Shown here: piece by piece, positions 55,914-61,341 of the stretch
How the letters are laid out: each line of letters starts with the position of its first letter
Position numbering within the stretch: position 1 is the stretch's first letter
From: an uncultured Gammaproteobacteria bacterium
Lineage (GTDB): Bacteria > Patescibacteriota > Microgenomatia > UBA8517
Length of the DNA stretch: 61,341 nucleotides
Assembly (NCBI GenBank): GCA_964610395.1
Contig: CAZSXP010000001.1
Coordinates: 1 to 61,341 of the forward strand
Direction of reading: 5' to 3'
Position numbers and translations under genes: made by a program
The notes under the pieces: generated by a model
What the model was told of the DNA's origin: nothing
Database searches by the model: none
The model's input: the letters and a program-made list of their open reading frames with translations, nothing else

Positions 55914-57155
55914 ATGGATTTATATTTATACAACTCACTCACACGACAAAAAGAGTTGTTTACACTAATTGACCCCAAAGAGATTAAATTTTATACCTGT
56001 GGAATGACAGTATATGACTATGCCCATATAGGCCATGGCAGAAAATATGTCATGGATGATATTTTGAAACGGGTACTTACATACAATGGTTTTAAAGTTA
56101 ATCATGTTCAAAATGTAACTGATGTTGGTCATTTAGTATCTGATGCTGATGATGGGGAAGATAAACTTGAAAAGGGAGCTAAAAAACAGGGTAAAACAGT
56201 TTGGGAAGTAGCTGAATTTTTTACTAATAATTTTTACGATTCAATGGACAAATTAAATATAATAAGACCCAATATAATTTGTAAAGCAACAGAACATATC
56301 AAAGAGCAAATTGAATTAATTGATAAACTATTCAAAAAAGGTTATGCCTATGATACAGAAGAAGCCGTTTACTTCGACGTGTCGAAGTTTACCAATTATG
56401 GAAAAATGTTTGGTCAAAAGTTAGAAGATAAGAAAGTTGCTGTAAGGAAAGAAGTTAAAACAGATGAAAATAAAAGAAATAATGCAGACTTTTCACTATG
56501 GTTTAAAAGAGTTCATGATTTTAAAGATCATGTAATGCATTGGGAAAGTCCTTGGGGTGATGGATTTCCTGGTTGGCATATAGAATGTTCTGCTATGAGT
56601 ATGAAGTATTTAGGAGAGCAAATTGATATTCATACTGGTGGAGAAGACCATTTATCAATTCATCATCCTAATGAAATTGCGCAAAGTGAAGGTGCAACAG
56701 GAAAAAGTCCCTTTAGTAGGTTTTGGATGCATTGCTCATTTTTAATGGTAGATGGAACTAAAATGAGTAAGTCTCTTGGTAATTTTTACACAATTGGCGA
56801 TATTTTAGACAAAGGAATAGACCCAATTGCACTACGATATTTATATTTAGGGGCTCATTACAAAAAACCAATGAATTTTACTTGGGCTTCGCTTGAGTCA
56901 GCAGTTAAGGGGCTGAAACGATTACGATCAACAGTGAACAGTGTACGGTCAACAGATAGGACAGTTTTGTCTCAAGAAAAGAATGAAAAAGTAGAAGAGT
57001 ATAGAAATAAATTTAACTTAGCAATTAATGACGATCTAAATACTAGTAAAGCAATGGCTGTTTTATTTGAGGTATTAAAATCTAATATTCCGTCTAGTGA
57101 TAAATATGATTTGGCAATATTATTTGATGAAGTGTTAGGTCTTGGACTTAAATAA
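55914..57155 (+). CDS. cysS: Cysteine--tRNA ligase (short C-terminus)
   Basis: [36 protein letters not shown]. Confidence 0.97.
   Translation: MDLYLYNSLTRQKELFTLIDPKEIKFYTCGMTVYDYAHIGHGRKYVMDDILKRVLTYNGFKVNHVQNVTDVGHLVSDADDGEDKLEKGAKKQGKTVWEVAEFFTNNFYDSMDKLNIIRPNIICKATEHIKEQIELIDKLFKKGYAYDTEEAVYFDVSKFTNYGKMFGQKLEDKKVAVRKEVKTDENKRNNADFSLWFKRVHDFKDHVMHWESPWGDGFPGWHIECSAMSMKYLGEQIDIHTGGEDHLSIHHPNEIAQSEGATGKSPFSRFWMHCSFLMVDGTKMSKSLGNFYTIGDILDKGIDPIALRYLYLGAHYKKPMNFTWASLESAVKGLKRLRSTVNSVRSTDRTVLSQEKNEKVEEYRNKFNLAINDDLNTSKAMAVLFEVLKSNIPSSDKYDLAILFDEVLGLGLK
56924..56958. repeat. Degenerate 7-bp tandem repeat in cysS
   Basis: ACGATCA ACAGTGA ACAGTGT ACGGTCA ACAGATA. Confidence 0.7.
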
Positions 57156-57743
57156 ATGAAAATAATAGTTTATATAAATTTTATTTTGACACTTACTTTA
57201 ATAGGTGTAGTAGTATGGCTTTTTGCATATCAAAAACCCGAAAAAGTTATCAACCAAACAATACAAGGTGAAAATAAAATTGAGTATATAGATAAATGTG
57301 GAGAAGACTGTAAAAAACAGATAGAAGAAATAGTTTTGAAAAATACAAAGCCAATAGAAACAGTTAAGACAGTGTCACAAACTGCATATATTCCAATTGC
57401 AGGTCCTTTATCATCAACCTCAAAAGATTGGTATGATTTAGCAGGGACTGAATTTTATTTAAATTTTAATACTGATTATGGAAAATCAGCATATGCCAAT
57501 TGGGACGCATCTCTAAAAATTAAAGATGGAAATGGAACAGTATACGCAAGAATTTATGATGTAACAAACAAAATTGCGGTAAATGGCAGTGAGATTTTAG
57601 TATCTAATAAAGGTGATTTGACCCAAGTTATTTCGGGTGGATTAAGTTTTTGGGCAGGAAATAACTTATATAGAGTTCAGTTAAAATCATTAAACGGATT
57701 TGAAGTAACTTTTGGTAGTGGAAGAATAAAAATAATATATTAA
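57156..57743 (+). CDS. Membrane-anchored hypothetical protein (beta-rich extracellular domain)
   Basis: N-terminal TM followed by a beta-strand-like region. Confidence 0.7.
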   Translation: MKIIVYINFILTLTLIGVVVWLFAYQKPEKVINQTIQGENKIEYIDKCGEDCKKQIEEIVLKNTKPIETVKTVSQTAYIPIAGPLSSTSKDWYDLAGTEFYLNFNTDYGKSAYANWDASLKIKDGNGTVYARIYDVTNKIAVNGSEILVSNKGDLTQVISGGLSFWAGNNLYRVQLKSLNGFEVTFGSGRIKIIY

Positions 57744-58072
57744 TTTAACTTTATTCTTTGGATATTAAAACTTTCAGGTTTTTTTGCAATCACTCCAACA
57801 TAGTCAATTAAAGGATAACTTTTCCTTATTTCTTGCCAAAACTTTTCGGAAAGGTTGGTTGTATACCCACCATATCCTGCCTTTTCACTGCTAGAACATA
57901 ACTTTTGTTCCCATTCACGAATGATAGTCATTATTTTGGCTCCTTCTTCATTAAATTTATCTTGAAGACCATCTTGGTCTAGACTGTACTGCATATGAAG
58001 TTTGGTGAATTCATCAAAAGCTTTCTTTTCGTTTGTTATCATTCGCTCGAAGTATTCTCTGTATTTAGTCAT
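57740..58072 (-). CDS. Hypothetical protein
   Basis: 110-aa ORF with ATG start filling the gap. Confidence 0.7.
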   Translation of the reverse strand: MTKYREYFERMITNEKKAFDEFTKLHMQYSLDQDGLQDKFNEEGAKIMTIIREWEQKLCSSSEKAGYGGYTTNLSEKFWQEIRKSYPLIDYVGVIAKKPESFNIQRIKLN

Positions 58073-58137
58073 GTGTTGTTAATTTAGTATATTTAACCTA
58101 TTGATTTCAAGGGTTGATTTATGTCATGATTAAATGT

Positions 58138-58782
58138 ATGAAAGATGCTGACATTAAAGTTATAGGTATTGCGAATAACAAACCCAAAGGCAAAACAAAT
58201 TGGAAAGTGATGGGTGCAATAATTGGAATTGTTGTTTTAGCTCTTGGTGTAATTGCTGGAATAGTTTTAGTTCGCCAACAGCAAAATATTAGCGAGAAAG
58301 CTTCCTGTACAGCTGCCTGTCCAGACAGTAGGGGAAATTTAGTAAATTGTTACCAAACAGCTGATACAGATGGTGAAGAAAGTCAATGTAATTCTGCTGG
58401 TAGGGTTGAGGTCTGTGGATCTACTGCTTCAAATGCAAGACAATATTGCTGTCCTTCTGTTGGAGCAGCTTGGACAACAAACCTTACACTATGTAGTGTT
58501 GCAGCCACTCCAACTGCCACTCCAACTGCCACCTCAACAGCTACGGCTACTGCGACAGCTACATCGACGTCAACTGCAACTTCAACTGCAACTTCAAAAG
58601 CAACAAACACATCAAAAGCTACTGCGACAGCCACTTCCACAAGTACTTCTAAATCGACTGCAACACCTACTTCTTCACCAACTACAGCTCCAATTCCTGT
58701 AACAGGTGTTTCTTGGCCAACAATTGTTGGTGGAGGATTTGGAATAATTATGGTTTTAATGTCGCTTGGATTAGCACTTTAG
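58138..58782 (+). CDS. Surface protein: TM, Cys-rich domain, Thr/Ala/Ser stalk, IPVTG plus C-terminal TM
   Basis: Composition; LPXTG-like IPVTG directly before a hydrophobic C-terminus. Confidence 0.75.
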   Translation: MKDADIKVIGIANNKPKGKTNWKVMGAIIGIVVLALGVIAGIVLVRQQQNISEKASCTAACPDSRGNLVNCYQTADTDGEESQCNSAGRVEVCGSTASNARQYCCPSVGAAWTTNLTLCSVAATPTATPTATSTATATATATSTSTATSTATSKATNTSKATATATSTSTSKSTATPTSSPTTAPIPVTGVSWPTIVGGGFGIIMVLMSLGLAL

Positions 58783-58786
58783 TTTT

Positions 58787-59533
58787 ATGCAAGCATTTAA
58801 TCTGTTATTTCAAGCATTACTAGGTAGTGTAATTGCACTTTTTGGTGGAGTAGTCTTTTTATTTAATCGCAGGTTTTCTGCAATTCTTGAGAGATATTCA
58901 GTCCCTTTTGCTGCAGGAGTTCTAGTTACAGTTTCACTTTTGGGTTTAATCCCTGAAGCAACACATGAAATTGGTGGAAAATCATATTGGATAGTTCTTA
59001 TTTCTTTTTTAGGAGTTTATATCTTTGAACATTTATTTTTTGACATACACCATCATGGTGACGATGATGGACATACACACGATGTCAAAAATTCATCAAT
59101 CGCATTTGTTATTTTTGGAGATACTATTCACAATTTTATTGATGGTGTTGCAATTGGAGCTAGTTTTATGATTAATCCAAATTTAGGTTTAATTACTGCC
59201 TTTTCTACTTTTCTGCACGAAGTTCCTCATGAAATTGGTGATTTTGGAATTTTGCTAAAAGCGGGATGGAAGAAAAGAAAAATTTTGTATGTCAATATAA
59301 TTTCATCTCTAATGACTGTAGTCGGAGCTTTTGTCGTCTACTTTTTTAATCAAAGTAATGGTCTAAATGGTATTTTAATGGCAATTTCGGCCGGTATATT
59401 TTTATACCTTGGAGCAAGTGACTTTTTACCAAAAATAGAAACAGATGAAAAAAATAAATTTAAATCTCTTTTACCACTTATTTTAGGATCGGCAATTATA
59501 ATGGCTACACTTCTATTAGTTCCGCATAATTGA
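58787..59533 (+). CDS. ZIP family metal (zinc) transporter
   Basis: FAAG, His-rich loop, HNFIDG, HEVPHEIGD. Confidence 0.95.
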   Translation: MQAFNLLFQALLGSVIALFGGVVFLFNRRFSAILERYSVPFAAGVLVTVSLLGLIPEATHEIGGKSYWIVLISFLGVYIFEHLFFDIHHHGDDDGHTHDVKNSSIAFVIFGDTIHNFIDGVAIGASFMINPNLGLITAFSTFLHEVPHEIGDFGILLKAGWKKRKILYVNIISSLMTVVGAFVVYFFNQSNGLNGILMAISAGIFLYLGASDFLPKIETDEKNKFKSLLPLILGSAIIMATLLLVPHN

Positions 59534-59548
59534 TATAATCAAAAATTC

Positions 59549-61009
59549 ATGTTGCAAATAATTGATCTTGCTTTTGGCTATGGTGACAAGCCTCTTTATA
59601 GGGGAGTGAATTTTCGTGTCAACAAAGGTCAAAAGGTCGGCCTAGTTGGTCCCAATGGATCTGGAAAATCAACACTGCTATCAATCATTCGAGGTGAGGA
59701 ACAAAGCTTTACAGGAAAAGTAAAACTTACAGGGAGTATTAGTTTAGTCCCACAAGAAATAAAACATGATGCAATTATGGAAAAATGCGAAAATGTAAGA
59801 AGTTATGTAGACCCTAATAATTTATATCAAGATTTTGAGATAATGAAAATGTTTAGCGGTTTAGAATTAAGTATTTCACTTAATCATAATCCAAAAACAT
59901 TATCAGGTGGACAAAAAACAAAGTTAGCATTAGCTCGTGCACTTTTTGAAAATCCTGATATATTGCTTCTTGATGAACCAACCAACTTCATGGATAAAGC
60001 TGGTAAAGCTTGGGTGATGAGATTTCTAGCTAATTATAAAGGAGCAGTAATTGTAATTTCCCATGATTTAGAACTTATGGATAATGCAATTGACAAAATT
60101 TTGTCAGTTACTCCCTATAACTTTTCAATTGAAGAATATAAAGGAACATACTCAGAGTACGAAAAACTTAAAAATGACAAAGAAAGAGATTTGAAAAAAG
60201 AGTTAGAGATTAAATCCAGACACTTAAAAAGAACTGAAGAAAGATATAATAATTCTAGAGCTGTTGCTACAAAGTCAATTCTCCGTAGAAAAGTAGAAAG
60301 GGAAAGAGAAAATCTTCCAGAAGTTCCACCAGAACTTAGAAAGATTTCAATAAGACTTCCAGAGCCAAAAAGAATTGGCGAAGTTCCAATGAAAACTACT
60401 TCACTAAAGAAAAATTATGGTGATCTAGAAGTTTTAAATGACGTTAATTTTACAATTTTAAGAGGAGAGAGGATTGCTTTAATAGGTGCAAATGGAACAG
60501 GTAAATCAACATTTATTAAAATTTTAATGAAACGAATAGAACCTGATAGTGGAGAAGTCATGAGAAATGATGAATTGTCTGTAGGATATTATTCACAAGA
60601 ATTTGAAACCTTTGATTTTAATAAGTCTGTAATTGACACCTTTTGTGAAGCAACAAAAATGAATGAAGGTTATGCAAGAGGATTTTTAGGGAGATATATG
60701 TTTGCAGGAGATAAAGTTTTTCAAAGAGTAGGGAGTTTATCAGGTGGGGAAAAGACTAGGCTTTCGATTGCTTGCCTAACAGGAAAAGATAATAATCTTT
60801 TAATTCTTGATGAACCAACAACTTATCTTGACGTAATGTCCCAGCGAATAATTTTAGAGTCTTTAAAAGAATATAAAGGAACAATGATTATTGTTTCTCA
60901 TGCTCCTGAATTTATGAAAGAATTAAAACCAACCAAAGCCTATCTTTTTCCAGAACAAAAAATGCTCTATTGGGATGATGAATTATTAGATAAGATTGAA
61001 GAAGTGTGA
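59549..61009 (+). CDS. ABC-F family ATPase
   Basis: Two NBDs (GPNGSGKST, GANGTGKST), LSGGQ/LSGGE, LDEPT twice, no TMs. Confidence 0.95.
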   Translation: MLQIIDLAFGYGDKPLYRGVNFRVNKGQKVGLVGPNGSGKSTLLSIIRGEEQSFTGKVKLTGSISLVPQEIKHDAIMEKCENVRSYVDPNNLYQDFEIMKMFSGLELSISLNHNPKTLSGGQKTKLALARALFENPDILLLDEPTNFMDKAGKAWVMRFLANYKGAVIVISHDLELMDNAIDKILSVTPYNFSIEEYKGTYSEYEKLKNDKERDLKKELEIKSRHLKRTEERYNNSRAVATKSILRRKVERERENLPEVPPELRKISIRLPEPKRIGEVPMKTTSLKKNYGDLEVLNDVNFTILRGERIALIGANGTGKSTFIKILMKRIEPDSGEVMRNDELSVGYYSQEFETFDFNKSVIDTFCEATKMNEGYARGFLGRYMFAGDKVFQRVGSLSGGEKTRLSIACLTGKDNNLLILDEPTTYLDVMSQRIILESLKEYKGTMIIVSHAPEFMKELKPTKAYLFPEQKMLYWDDELLDKIEEV

Positions 61010-61020
61010 TATCATAATTC

Positions 61021-61257
61021 ATGGGTTCACAAGACTTTCTTAATTATTCAGTAGCATCAGGATTTTTAATATTAGTTGGATTTTTATCGTATGTCGCTTT
61101 TAATTTATCCAAAACATTAAAGGAAACAACTTCAATTTTAACAAAAGTAGATGATGTCGCAAAAGACGTTGACGATCTAAAAAACGGTATCAAAAGTGGA
61201 ATATTAACTTTAATAAGTATGTTTATAAAGAAAGGTGGTGATAAGAATGTCAAATAA
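61021..61257 (+). CDS. Small membrane protein (DUF948-like)
   Basis: N-terminal TM plus coiled segment; precedes YtxH-like gene. Confidence 0.6.
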   Translation: MGSQDFLNYSVASGFLILVGFLSYVAFNLSKTLKETTSILTKVDDVAKDVDDLKNGIKSGILTLISMFIKKGGDKNVK

Positions 61258-61341
61258 AAACAATGTAAAAGTAGCAGAAGCAGGAATAATTGGCGCTGTT
61301 ATTGGTGCAGCAGTTGGTGCTGGTGCAGTAGCATTATCAAA
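61247..61341 (+). CDS. YtxH-like protein, cut off by window end
   Basis: MSNKNN..GIIGAVIGAAVGAGAVALS glycine-zipper N-terminus. Confidence 0.55.
   Translation, partial: MSNKNNVKVAEAGIIGAVIGAAVGAGAVALS

Noticed and set aside
58500-58690. ACTGCA/ACTCCA repeats as a mobile repeat family
   Set aside because: Period is a multiple of 3 and is explained by the Thr/Ala/Pro-rich stalk
1-61341. Alternative genetic code (UGA=Gly, as in Gracilibacteria/Absconditabacteria)
   Set aside because: TGA ends several full-length conserved genes (e.g. uppS, frr, mrdA, ybeY) and code-11 ORFs are intact

Overview
AT-rich, gene-dense bacterial chromosome segment read with the standard code 11 (TGA is used as a stop). 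Gene content and style suggest Patescibacteria/CPR, probably Microgenomates (inference): short intergenic spacers, split ComEC, two mreB genes, minimal DprA, rpsB-tsf-frr without pyrH, and shortened aminoacyl-tRNA synthetases. It holds mostly housekeeping genes (leuS, argS, proS, cysS, the rpsU-secE-nusG-rplKAJL cluster, topA, dnaX-ybaB-recR, fmt/def, thyX-tmk), six tRNAs, three toxin-antitoxin pairs, an isoprenoid cluster with an archaeal-type isopentenyl phosphate kinase, and a 7TM plus triple ATP-grasp peptide-ligase locus. The most striking signal is small-scale. A REP-associated HUH (Y1/RAYT-type) transposase at 22030-22719 is flanked by, and contains, a 23-bp palindrome ATTGCARGGT-NNG-ACCYTGCAAT. 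Further copies lie inside the reading frames of leuS, argS, an ECF sigma factor, fmt, mrdA and dnaX, in all three frames. A second family of GC-rich hairpins and several families of degenerate 7-bp tandem repeats also sit in-frame in conserved proteins. A GIY-YIG nuclease lies between an intact tRNA-Arg and a degenerate tRNA 5' half interrupted by two hairpin insertions with short duplications. A LAGLIDADG nuclease sits in the Thr-Tyr-Thr tRNA cluster. LeuRS lacks the CP1 editing domain, and many genes appear to be leaderless.
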